This document shows positions 55,425 through 63,872 of a stretch of DNA of 64,000 bases, piece after piece. A model generated the notes under the pieces. It ran no database searches and was not told where the DNA came from. It saw only the letters and a list, made by a program, of their open reading frames with translations. Both the position numbers and the translations under genes were made by a program. Within the stretch, counting starts at the first letter, position 1. The number at the start of each line of letters is the position of its first letter. Origin of the DNA: a virus; IMG/VR virus record IMGVR_UViG_3300005573_000052. One strand, given 5' to 3'.

Positions 55425-56206
55425 GTCGCAATCAGCGGCTTGGTCAAATCGTCCTCCTCGGCGGGCGACGCAACACCAATGTGCCCGCACCGGATCATCT
55501 CGGGGTTGAAGCAAGCGAAGGGGAGGCCAGTTTCATTCCACGAAAGGAGTGCCATAGCCCGTCCCATGCCGTGCTCGGAATGGCGCGGCAAATTGGTCTT
55601 GGCTATGAAGGTAAGTGCGGCGCGAAGGTCCCGTGTGCGCGCAACATGAGGGTGATTGGACCAATCGTTCTGCCGGAACCAGCGCGATTCAATCAAGTCC
55701 ATCACCGCCCGGCCATCAATGTTGTGCTTGGCCTTGAGGCCGTTAATCCGATCCATCTCATTGGTGAACCGTGGGATGCGGACTTGGACGATGGAAGGGT
55801 CCTTGTCAAGGATGGAAACCGCCTCGTGCAACCAGTATTCGAGATCAAACTCATAGGGGCGAACCTGCCAATCGTCCTCCGAAAAATAAATGTAGGGAGT
55901 AGTGACATGGCCGAGTAACGTCATTTGGTCCTGCAAAAAGCCGAGCTGGTGGGAGTCGTCATTGTGCCTCCACTGTCCAACTGTCGTGCGTCCATGAAAC
56001 CCGTGTTCGCGCAGAAACGCCGCCATCTCCTTGGCCTTCGCTTCGCCTTCGGGTGTTGGGTCTACCTTGATGTGGCTGAGTAAATCTCCCCACGATGACG
56101 CAGGCACTTGGGCGAGAAGGGATTGGACGGTCCGTTGATAGGTAGAGCGCCCGAAATGCCCTTTGGAACTCGTGTATAAGCAAACGGTTAGGTTATTGGG
56201 GTGCAT
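55421..56206 (-). CDS. GT2-like glycosyltransferase
   Basis: TPYIYFSEDDW, DPSIVQVRI, WSNHPHV. Confidence 0.65.
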   Translation of the reverse strand: MHPNNLTVCLYTSSKGHFGRSTYQRTVQSLLAQVPASSWGDLLSHIKVDPTPEGEAKAKEMAAFLREHGFHGRTTVGQWRHNDDSHQLGFLQDQMTLLGHVTTPYIYFSEDDWQVRPYEFDLEYWLHEAVSILDKDPSIVQVRIPRFTNEMDRINGLKAKHNIDGRAVMDLIESRWFRQNDWSNHPHVARTRDLRAALTFIAKTNLPRHSEHGMGRAMALLSWNETGLPFACFNPEMIRCGHIGVASPAEEDDLTKPLIAT

Positions 56207-56217
56207 GGAAAAGCGAA

Positions 56218-57099
56218 CTAGGGAATAGGTAGAGCTTTGCGCGGGTCGTGGCTGTCAACCACGTCGGTTCGCCCGCAAACCACATGGTGATAGTGATCCG
56301 AAAGCACCTTCTCCGCCCGCAGATAATCCTTTAGCTCCTCATCCAGCGGCGCGGACAGGAGAGCGGTGAGGCCATCGGTGGTGAGGGGGTAGCCCCGGGT
56401 CTTCATCAACCGCCTGAACGCCAACCGCCTCTCCTCGCGCTCGGCAAACTGCTGGTTGCGGTCCCCGGGGGGAAAGTGGTCGAGACCAAGGGCACAGGTG
56501 TTGGAACCGGCGGGATAACTGATGTAGTAACGACTGTAATGCGTCAGCCAGTGGAATGGCTGGTTCGCGCGCTTGACAGGCCGCACGTTCAACCTCACCT
56601 TGCTCTCGTCCGGCTCAATAGTGGACCACTCTATCCCCCGCCCATTCCAGCCGATAAGACTCCAATGCGGCGAATTGCGGTATTCCATGGTCTCACGATA
56701 ACGCATAAGGTAAGGCTTTCCCCACCCAAAAATAACATCCACGTCAGTCTCGTCCATCATCGGACCAATCTCGGTCTTGATGCGCGAGACGAACTCGATA
56801 GCAGGGCGTTCTTCAAGATCGGACCAAAGGACATAGTCTCCCTCTTCTATCGGCCCGCAGAACAGGGTGTGGTTCATGTTATGGAAATGACGGCCGCGAG
56901 ACCACGGAGCATAAATGATCTTCCCCGCCCCTTTGACCGACTCCAGATAGCGCGAGACGGGAGCGTCGGTGGGAACATCATTGAGCGACCAGACCACTCC
57001 GTCCAGCCACGGGAGCAACGGCTCAACCATCTCGGTTGCGTTTTCGGCAGACGGGGAGCCCGACATGCTAGTGAGCCAGAGTTTGGGTGCGGGAGTCAT
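56218..57099 (-). CDS. GT-A-like glycosyltransferase
   Basis: GDYVLWSDLEER, R..LMRY, H.Y; located in the island. Confidence 0.55.
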   Translation of the reverse strand: MTPAPKLWLTSMSGSPSAENATEMVEPLLPWLDGVVWSLNDVPTDAPVSRYLESVKGAGKIIYAPWSRGRHFHNMNHTLFCGPIEEGDYVLWSDLEERPAIEFVSRIKTEIGPMMDETDVDVIFGWGKPYLMRYRETMEYRNSPHWSLIGWNGRGIEWSTIEPDESKVRLNVRPVKRANQPFHWLTHYSRYYISYPAGSNTCALGLDHFPPGDRNQQFAEREERRLAFRRLMKTRGYPLTTDGLTALLSAPLDEELKDYLRAEKVLSDHYHHVVCGRTDVVDSHDPRKALPIP

Positions 57100-57320
57100 G
57101 ATTTAGGCGTGATGACGACGTTGCCCTTGTGCAAAACCGTCTTAAACCCTCCATCAAACTCAAGCACATTCCCATCCGCGTCGGTCGCATAACACAATGC
57201 CTCCCCGCTCTCTTCGTCGGCCGTAATGCAACGACCAAGGAGTTTCCCGTCCAAGGTGACGGTCGCACCGAAAGCATCAGAGGAATAACCCGGATCGGTT
57301 TTGTCTACACTAAGCCTCAT
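57096..57320 (-). CDS. hypothetical protein
   Basis: VTLDG..L..CITADE..G motif typical of phage hypotheticals. Confidence 0.65.
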   Translation of the reverse strand: MRLSVDKTDPGYSSDAFGATVTLDGKLLGRCITADEESGEALCYATDADGNVLEFDGGFKTVLHKGNVVITPKS

Positions 57321-57613
57321 GACTGGTTCTCCCCTCCTGCTCGCTCGTCCTCATCCTCCGCCGCCTTACGCAGCAGAGCCATCTTGGCGTCGTCGGCTAT
57401 GGCGTAAGCAACCGCCCTTTCCACCGCCTCAACCATCCCGGTGTCATCGGGCAAGACGCAGCCCGCTTCAGACTCATCAAATCCCACGCATCGTCCCTCC
57501 GGTCCGTAAAGCGTAACCCAGCCCGCGCCGCGCTCAATGCAGACCTTGAGGACGTAGTCGAGGGGGAGATGTTCGCAAGCGCGGTCGAGAGCGTCGGAGA
57601 GGGTAATGCTCAT
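57317..57613 (-). CDS. hypothetical protein
   Basis: Overlap-coupled ORF. Confidence 0.65.
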   Translation of the reverse strand: MSITLSDALDRACEHLPLDYVLKVCIERGAGWVTLYGPEGRCVGFDESEAGCVLPDDTGMVEAVERAVAYAIADDAKMALLRKAAEDEDERAGGENQS

Positions 57614-57987
57614 TTAGAATCGTCCCACTTGCCAATGGTGCGCAAAAACGCCTCGGCGCGCTGGGGGGCAGTTACTCCGTGAGCCCACCGATGGATGGGG
57701 ATGGAGTTGGCGTCGTCGGCCGCGCGAACGGCGAAAGGAATGAGGTGCCCGTGATACTCCCATGTCTGAGACATGGTTAAAGTCATTTCCGCCTCATGCA
57801 TCCAGTCCAGACTCTGAGTATAGTTCGGCACGAACCTTCACCGTCCATCCACCGGGCTATTTCCGCGCAGACCCTCCCACGGATAAAGGCATCGTGGATC
57901 AATATCCACGTCTTGGCCCGATTCATAGCGGATGTCGGTCCAACCGCAGGAGGTGGCGATGGCGATATTTTGGGCTTGAGGAGTCAT
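57610..57987 (-). pseudogene. fourth ABA-sandwich-like paralog interrupted by in-frame TGA (57838-57840)
   Basis: ATG 57987 gives MTPQAQNIAIATSCGW...VDGR-TGA-RFVPNYTQSLDWMHEAE...QRAEAFLRTIGKWDDSK in one frame. Confidence 0.75.
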
Positions 57988-58000
57988 GGGGGAGAAAGCT

Positions 58001-58030
58001 ATGATAGCCCGGTTGGGACGGTTATGTCAA
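58001..58030 (-). promoter_or_regulatory. sigma70-like promoter
   Basis: TTGACA-N10-AACCGGGC-TATCAT. Confidence 0.75.
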
Positions 58031-58840
58031 GGGCAAACCATGCTTGATGAGCGGGTGGCCGTCCAACTGATATCGCTCGGTCGCCACGTCCTCGGTCGCG
58101 CCGGACCGCTTCTCCCAGTGCTCTTTCCAGAACTCCTTGCCCAGTTTGGCCTTGCGTTCAAGGTCAAGGAAACCGAGGTGAACTACATAAGGCGACGCGA
58201 CCAACATATAAACAAGGTTAGGCTGGAGATAGGGGCGAGGAGCCAACGGCATAAACTGGGCCAACTCGCCATTCGCCAGTAGGGGCTCAGTCGAGTCGCT
58301 GGCTTTGGTGTTAAACAGCCCGCCACCCATCTCGGCGAACCGGGGCACTCCGCGCCGCACGACGCTGGCCTTGTGGAGGCGAAATTTTACACCCACCTGC
58401 TGGTCCGCGCGAATCAGACTCATGTCCGAATATACGTCGATAACCGGGATGAGGTAGCCGTCTGTGAACGGGTTGGACAGCAAGGACTCTGCGGCGGCAT
58501 TCCACATTGGGCGATTGGACAGGGGGAACAGTTCGTCGGCATCAGCGATGACCCGGATAGGATGAACGCACGCCTCCAACGCGGCAGTCTTCAGGTCGCC
58601 ATCGAACCGGTTGTTACGGCGGTAGTCGATGGTGGTTTGGATGACCTTGAACCGATCCGCGCCCAATTCGCGCTCGTAGGCGAGGAGACGGTCGAGCGTA
58701 TCGTCATCGGAGGGGACGGTGGCACAGACCGTCTGGTCGAAGAACTGGGTAAAATTGTGGACGCAGCCGTCGAGGTCGAAGTCGCGCAAACGGGCGTTAA
58801 AGAGGTAAAAATATAGGCTTAGCTTAGGTGCATCGCTCAT
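58022..58840 (-). CDS. GT2-like glycosyltransferase
   Basis: SDDDT, VIADADE (DxD), KFRLHK, VVHLGF. Confidence 0.7.
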   Translation of the reverse strand: MSDAPKLSLYFYLFNARLRDFDLDGCVHNFTQFFDQTVCATVPSDDDTLDRLLAYERELGADRFKVIQTTIDYRRNNRFDGDLKTAALEACVHPIRVIADADELFPLSNRPMWNAAAESLLSNPFTDGYLIPVIDVYSDMSLIRADQQVGVKFRLHKASVVRRGVPRFAEMGGGLFNTKASDSTEPLLANGELAQFMPLAPRPYLQPNLVYMLVASPYVVHLGFLDLERKAKLGKEFWKEHWEKRSGATEDVATERYQLDGHPLIKHGLPLT

Positions 58841-59166
58841 ACGCCATCCTCCTCCTTGGAATACCCATCCGGGTCCAGCCACACCCCTGCGCTCAACCCT
58901 CGTATCGCGGGCTTGGTCGGCTCCCGCTTCACCGTCACTTGGTCCCTCACCGGCATCCCCACTTGGTCAAACAGGGCCAGCACCTTCTCCACAGTGCACT
59001 TGTCGGAGCGGGAATGGTGGTAACGCCAGTCTTCCATCACGTCCTTCATGACACTGTAGACCTCCCAAGGCATGTCGTAGGTGATGGTCTCGGTGGAGGA
59101 GACTTGGACGATCCGGGCGGTTTGAGGAGCGACGATGTTCATGTCCAGTTCTCCAAATGCGACCAC
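58837..59166 (-). CDS. hypothetical protein
   Basis: Overlap-coupled ORF. Confidence 0.55.
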   Translation of the reverse strand: MVAFGELDMNIVAPQTARIVQVSSTETITYDMPWEVYSVMKDVMEDWRYHHSRSDKCTVEKVLALFDQVGMPVRDQVTVKREPTKPAIRGLSAGVWLDPDGYSKEEDGV

Positions 59167-60008
59167 ATGACCTCGTGATCCAAGTCAACCAGCACCTTGT
59201 CCTCGCCGGGCACAGTGGTCCATCCACTCTCCCTCTTCACCGTCTTCCCATCCATCCAAAGGCCAACCTCGGGATGAAGGTGACACACGGCGGCAGTCGG
59301 GTCATGAAAGGCCTTGGAGTCGTGCCCCTCGAAATAGAGCCTCGCCGCCTCGCAAAATAGCTCTGACGCAGCGTTGATAGGCTTCCCAAACCGGGCGAAT
59401 CGCTTCCGGTCGAACTGGACCGTATGACACACGTTCTTCCCGACCATCTGGCGCGGCATCGCGGCACTGAGGAACCGTTGCCCGTTGGGGCGGTCGGCGT
59501 TGAGGTTGAAAGTGGGCATCCATGCTTTGTCCTCGAACTTGTCGAGGGTGATCTGGGGACGATAGACCGAGTAGGGGACGAAGCCACCTTGCATGGTGGT
59601 GCGGCTAAAGGGCCAATCCTTCGCCCATTCAGACCCCAGATAGGTGCCTACGCTCGTCACAGGACCAATCACGAACGCCTCTACGTCCTCGCGCGTGTCA
59701 TCCTCCATGATGCTATAGACCACGTCGATACCCGACACGTCCGCCTCTGCGTGCAGGGGCTTGCCATAACGCTGGAGCAAAGCGCGGTGAATGGAGCTAG
59801 ATATTCCTTTCTTGCGCCCCATCTGTGCCGCGCCGATAGGGATGTCCAGCTTTAACCGTTCGCACACCAGCCGCGCAATGGCTATCTGGTCGGGGTCACC
59901 CGGCGACACGCAGATCGCGCGGATGTTGACTCCCGCCGCCGCAAGGTAGCAAATGGCAAATAGGTCATCGGGGTCGTGACCAAGGTCGGTCTCGATAACG
60001 AGGTTCAT
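59139..60008 (-). CDS. nucleoside hydrolase (IU-NH family)-like protein
   Basis: IETDLGHDPDDLFAI (DxDxxxDD-like), IGP.T, MQGG, FNL.AD, FHDPTA. Confidence 0.85.
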   Translation of the reverse strand: MNLVIETDLGHDPDDLFAICYLAAAGVNIRAICVSPGDPDQIAIARLVCERLKLDIPIGAAQMGRKKGISSSIHRALLQRYGKPLHAEADVSGIDVVYSIMEDDTREDVEAFVIGPVTSVGTYLGSEWAKDWPFSRTTMQGGFVPYSVYRPQITLDKFEDKAWMPTFNLNADRPNGQRFLSAAMPRQMVGKNVCHTVQFDRKRFARFGKPINAASELFCEAARLYFEGHDSKAFHDPTAAVCHLHPEVGLWMDGKTVKRESGWTTVPGEDKVLVDLDHEVMWSHLENWT

Positions 60009-60892
60009 CGCCCCTCCCTCTCCGCCACGCGCCGCCGCAAATCCCGAATGTAGTCGGTTTCCATCTGGGCCAGCATGGTGTGGTCCCAGCACCGGAACGA
60101 GTCCTTGATCTCCTGTGACGGGATGCGTCCGTCCTCCCAGTCGCCCCGTGCTGCGACGGCAAACTCCTCGTCAGTCAGCTTGGGGTAGGCCGGATTCTTA
60201 ATCTTGGGCGGCACGATACAAAAGAGAGATTTCACATCCGTGCGATGGCACCACAGCCCGCCGTCCCCCATGTCTCGAACCGCATAGACCCCGTTGTCCT
60301 GAACGAGAGGAGCCGGATAGATATGGTGGACCAAATTGTGCTCCCGGTAAAACCGCTGCATTTGGGCCTCGCGCCATTCGCCGTCATGGTAGGGACCGGC
60401 TCCGTGGTAACCCAGCACCCCGGCACGCTCAAGGTCTTGGTAGAACATGGTGGGAATGATATGGGCACGTTCCGAGTAGGTATCTGGCCCGCACGGCGCG
60501 CCCGCGAGACTGATGGAGGCGATGATTCGACCCTGTGGGTCCTTCTGGCCCAGTAGCGAGACGATGTGGTCCAACTCGGTTTGCTCCAAGTCGCACGCGA
60601 AGAACTGGTCACACTGGACCGAGCAGGTGATGGGCGACGCGGACAGCGCAAAGGTATCACGGGTCCCGAGCCCCAGTCCTCGCGACTCGCAGTTGACGAT
60701 AAGCTGGTCAACCAGTCCCTCCCTCACAAAGCCCAGTGCGTAATCCTCGCCGCTCCCGTTATCGCAGAAGATGATGCGATGCGGGACTTTGACGTGGTCG
60801 CGGATGGATTTGAGACAGATGTGGCTCTCAATGGGGCGACGGTAATCTAGGACCACGATGGAGAGAAGGGGCTCAGTGTAGGTGGGGGTCAT
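60005..60892 (-). CDS. GT2 glycosyltransferase
   Basis: LSIVVLDY.R, IIFCDNGSGED, N...GLG.G, QCD. Confidence 0.85.
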   Translation of the reverse strand: MTPTYTEPLLSIVVLDYRRPIESHICLKSIRDHVKVPHRIIFCDNGSGEDYALGFVREGLVDQLIVNCESRGLGLGTRDTFALSASPITCSVQCDQFFACDLEQTELDHIVSLLGQKDPQGRIIASISLAGAPCGPDTYSERAHIIPTMFYQDLERAGVLGYHGAGPYHDGEWREAQMQRFYREHNLVHHIYPAPLVQDNGVYAVRDMGDGGLWCHRTDVKSLFCIVPPKIKNPAYPKLTDEEFAVAARGDWEDGRIPSQEIKDSFRCWDHTMLAQMETDYIRDLRRRVAEREGR

Positions 60893-61125
60893 GATTGGGT
60901 GAGTTGCCTGCTCGCTATCTCAATCTCCGTATCGGCCTCCGCCCATCCCGCGCAAAAAGACTCCCGAAACAGCCCCACGTCTTCGGGCATCGGCGCGCCC
61001 ATGTCACGCATGAACCATCCGGCCAAAAACGGGCCTAACTGAGGCGAGTTCCCAGAAGAAAAGTCCTCCCAGCGGCGGCAAACCACAGACCAACGGACAA
61101 GGGCGGAGTCCAAGGTGGTGATCAT
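60889..61125 (-). CDS. hypothetical protein
   Basis: Overlap-coupled ORF. Confidence 0.55.
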   Translation of the reverse strand: MITTLDSALVRWSVVCRRWEDFSSGNSPQLGPFLAGWFMRDMGAPMPEDVGLFRESFCAGWAEADTEIEIASRQLTQS

Positions 61126-61586
61126 GATTGGGCTTCCGGGCTCTCCCCGTCCTTGGGCGGCGGGATCATCATGAGGCCATCCCGATAAACGGCGACGATT
61201 TCGTGATCAGGTGTATAGGTGACGATGGTGCCAAGAAGCCCCTTAGATACAAAAACGAGCGCCGGTGAAAAAAGAACGGACCGGGCCACTGCACACCGTT
61301 CCGCAAGGACCCTGTAATCGTCAGACCCGTAGGCCAGCTTGTTGAACTGCCAAAAGCCCGGAACGCGCCCATCGTCATCGGGCACATGACTGGCAGCCCA
61401 AAGCAAAAACGGCACACCCGCCGCCTCCAGTTTGGCCGAGCACTCCTCGATGACCTCAAGACGCACCCGCTCCTCGTCGCTCATCTTGGTCTTCAACTCG
61501 GCACGCGTCCGGTTAAGGTCCTCTTGGACGGCCTCGAAATGCTCGGCGTTGTTCGGGATGGTGGGAGCAATAGGTTTGGTGCTCAT
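61122..61586 (-). CDS. hypothetical protein
   Basis: ORF track. Confidence 0.6.
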   Translation of the reverse strand: MSTKPIAPTIPNNAEHFEAVQEDLNRTRAELKTKMSDEERVRLEVIEECSAKLEAAGVPFLLWAASHVPDDDGRVPGFWQFNKLAYGSDDYRVLAERCAVARSVLFSPALVFVSKGLLGTIVTYTPDHEIVAVYRDGLMMIPPPKDGESPEAQS

Positions 61587-61589
61587 AAA

Positions 61590-62546
61590 TCAGGTTTCCT
61601 TGCTCAGCTTGCCAACCACATCCAATATGCGTCGCGCCACGGCAGTCTTGCCCAGATAGTCGCGCAACACCTCAGCCCGTTCCAAGCAATACGCCTGTTC
61701 GCGCGCCTTGAGGTCAGGGTTGCTCTCCAGCAGCCTGAGCCGATAGGCCACGGAATGAGCGTTGGGGTAACAGCCCCAGTAGGCTGGATAAAAGCCCTCG
61801 TGAAAGGTGGTGAGGTCCGAACAGACGATGGGAATGGCCCCGCAAACGATGCCTTCGAGCGGCGGCAATTCCAGTCCGCCCGCCGCCGAGGCACAGAGAA
61901 CGTAGTCCACAGAATTGTAGAGGTCGCTTAGCATCTCGGGCGAAACGGAGCCCATGTAAGTCCCCCAACCGAGCGGCTCACTACCAACCACCGCCACCTC
62001 GGTCTCCGAAAACCCGGCCATGACAAGGGCATTGACGGCCAGTTCGGCGCGCTTGGAGGGGTCACGCAACCGGCCCACCATCATGGCTTTAAACTGGGGA
62101 TAAGGACGTTTGCCCGCAACCCGCGCGTCCGCCGTCACGTCCATGATAGGCTGGTAGATTAGGTAGGAGGGCAGCGCGTAATACCGGTGAATCTGGGACT
62201 GGACGTAGCGCGAAATGGCGCAGATGGCGTCGGCGCGCTTGAGGATGTCGAGCTTCTCGTAGGGGTTGTAGCCGGAGGGGAGGTTCCACTCGGGAACATC
62301 GAGACAGGTGAGAACAAGCTTGGCGGAAGGGGCATGGGCATCTCGCCAGTTCGCGGCTTCCTCCCAACGCTCGCTGTCGTTGGCGTAGACGAAGTAAGGG
62401 AGATTGCCGGGCTGCTCGTCGCCCTCCATCGCCCCCAAGGCGCGGAATCCGTCCTCAATTCTGGGCAATTGTGAGGACAAGTGACGCGCGCCAAAGGCCT
62501 TGAATCGCAGACGGGAATAAAGGGGGGCAGTTATGGGAGCATCCAT
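61590..62546 (-). CDS. GT4 (GT-B) glycosyltransferase
   Basis: ADAICAIS, VGR..D.SKR, L.DLYNSVD, GLELPPLEGIVCG; start after the promoter at 62565-62594. Confidence 0.82.
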   Translation of the reverse strand: MDAPITAPLYSRLRFKAFGARHLSSQLPRIEDGFRALGAMEGDEQPGNLPYFVYANDSERWEEAANWRDAHAPSAKLVLTCLDVPEWNLPSGYNPYEKLDILKRADAICAISRYVQSQIHRYYALPSYLIYQPIMDVTADARVAGKRPYPQFKAMMVGRLRDPSKRAELAVNALVMAGFSETEVAVVGSEPLGWGTYMGSVSPEMLSDLYNSVDYVLCASAAGGLELPPLEGIVCGAIPIVCSDLTTFHEGFYPAYWGCYPNAHSVAYRLRLLESNPDLKAREQAYCLERAEVLRDYLGKTAVARRILDVVGKLSKET

Positions 62547-62564
62547 GAGAACAGGTGTATACGC

Positions 62565-62594
62565 ATAGTAGCCTGATTGAGCCCGCGTTGTCAA
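62565..62594 (-). promoter_or_regulatory. leftward promoter of the divergent pair
   Basis: TTGACA-N18-TACTAT. Confidence 0.7.
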
Positions 62595-62626
62595 CCCAAA
62601 TCTCGCCCGATTCGCGCGCTTTGTGG

Positions 62627-62656
62627 TTGACACGCCCGGCCCAAACGGGCTATGGT
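62627..62656 (+). promoter_or_regulatory. rightward promoter of the divergent pair, drives the putative ncRNA
   Basis: TTGACA-cgcccggcccAAACGGGC-TATGGT. Confidence 0.7.
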
Positions 62657-62662
62657 TTTCCT

Positions 62663-63415
62663 CGTTCCTTGCAGTCAGTCCAATTTTCCGGGCAAACCGG
62701 AGCGTAATGGGGCGGTGCGTTAATCACTGGTCACTTCATCGCGCGAGCAGTCACCCCACCAAAAGCTGCTCGACGGGCGAAAGTCCGTCAGGTATTGTGC
62801 CGCCGGTTTTCGGTATTGGTTGTCCGGTGGTCAGCATTCCATACCTGTTGGGCAAGCACGTAAAACCCAACCCCCCTCTCGTTCTTTGACCCTTTCCTAT
62901 CCACCCCCAAGGTATTCACGTCCACTCGCGGTCGCGCGTGGGCAGGCTCCACATCCCAATACCGGCTTAGGCTTGTTTCTCCGAAACGGCCACTTAACCG
63001 ATGCGATAACTGAGCTAGGTGCCGCCCCGAACTGGCGCGCTTTGAGTCCCCCGAGAAGCGGGAACGCAAGGGTGGATGGGTTTTATTTTGAGTGGCGGCG
63101 TGGAAAGGACTGGAGAAATCCGGTCGCGCAGACACGCACCATGGCGTTCCAATGTATGTCGCGGCCTGCGGAGATTGACACCGACAGGCGGTAAGGCTGG
63201 CGCACCTCTACACATGACGGTGCCAACAAGCGATTCGGCTCAAAACCGAACATCCGCAGATCACGGATGCGAGTTACGACAGTCCCGAACGTAGTCACAG
63301 CCGGGTTAGCGTCCGGCCCACTCTATCTCGTTGCGCAGTGTCCTCTCTCCCGGTGCTACATCGAGACGCGGCAGAAAGCCGTGGAGAAGCAACAGCCACC
63401 CGACACCTCTCCCCA
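62663..63415 (+). ncRNA. putative large structured non-coding RNA (family not identified)
   Basis: No credible ORF; at least 12 stems, two GAAA tetraloops, a 9-bp pseudoknot and an 11-bp long-range helix found by eye. Confidence 0.68.
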
Positions 63416-63443
63416 TGGAGTCAATCATGGGCCTATTTTTCCT

Positions 63444-63860
63444 GTGTCCGACTTTTCCCTCTCTGCCCGGCCTGCCAATTCGCGCGAACTGGCCTGCCAT
63501 CTGTCCACTCTGCGCCCCTACCAAGTGGTCCATATCCCGGTAGACGGACGCCACATCTACTCCTTTGCCGTGATAGGCGCGACGCCCGGCACCAACCGGC
63601 AAGGCTCATGGAATGACTCGGCGGTCCCCCGCCAGATGGCGATAATCTGGTATCGCGAGTCCGAACGACACTTCACCCTGCAATACTACCCACACCAAGA
63701 CGCGGCGCAAATCGTGGAGAAGCTGCCGTTTTCGGCACTAGGCCAAGCAGTGGATGACCTAATCGCCGCCGGATTTGATATGAGACAACCCGTTGCAAAC
63801 CAACCAGTTACGCAACCTACTCCACAAATCGCACAAAAACACTTGCCAAACGCGGGGTAA
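63444..63860 (+). CDS. hypothetical protein (start uncertain)
   Basis: 3' part of ORF 63267-63860 looks protein-like; in-frame GTG at 63444. Confidence 0.45.
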   Translation: MSDFSLSARPANSRELACHLSTLRPYQVVHIPVDGRHIYSFAVIGATPGTNRQGSWNDSAVPRQMAIIWYRESERHFTLQYYPHQDAAQIVEKLPFSALGQAVDDLIAAGFDMRQPVANQPVTQPTPQIAQKHLPNAG

Positions 63861-63872
63861 CTGGGCTACTAT
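63843..63872 (+). promoter_or_regulatory. sigma70-like promoter
   Basis: TTGCCA-N10-AACTGGGC-TACTAT; core nearly identical to the promoter at 24408-24437. Confidence 0.6.

Noticed and set aside
57838-57840. Genome-wide TGA reassignment
   Set aside because: TGA is the normal stop in many ATGA overlaps and long genes have no internal TGA.
63015-63298. Small ORFs across the putative ncRNA (62788-63135, 62820-63194, 63015-63215, 63083-63298)
   Set aside because: Short, mutually overlapping, no motifs, low-complexity Arg/Pro/Gly composition typical of non-coding GC-rich DNA.
62663-63415. RNase P RNA, tmRNA, tRNA cluster or group II intron
   Set aside because: GAAAGTCC and GTGCG occur, but the RNase P 3' conserved region, tRNA/tmRNA T-loop and CCA end, and domain V motif are not visible.
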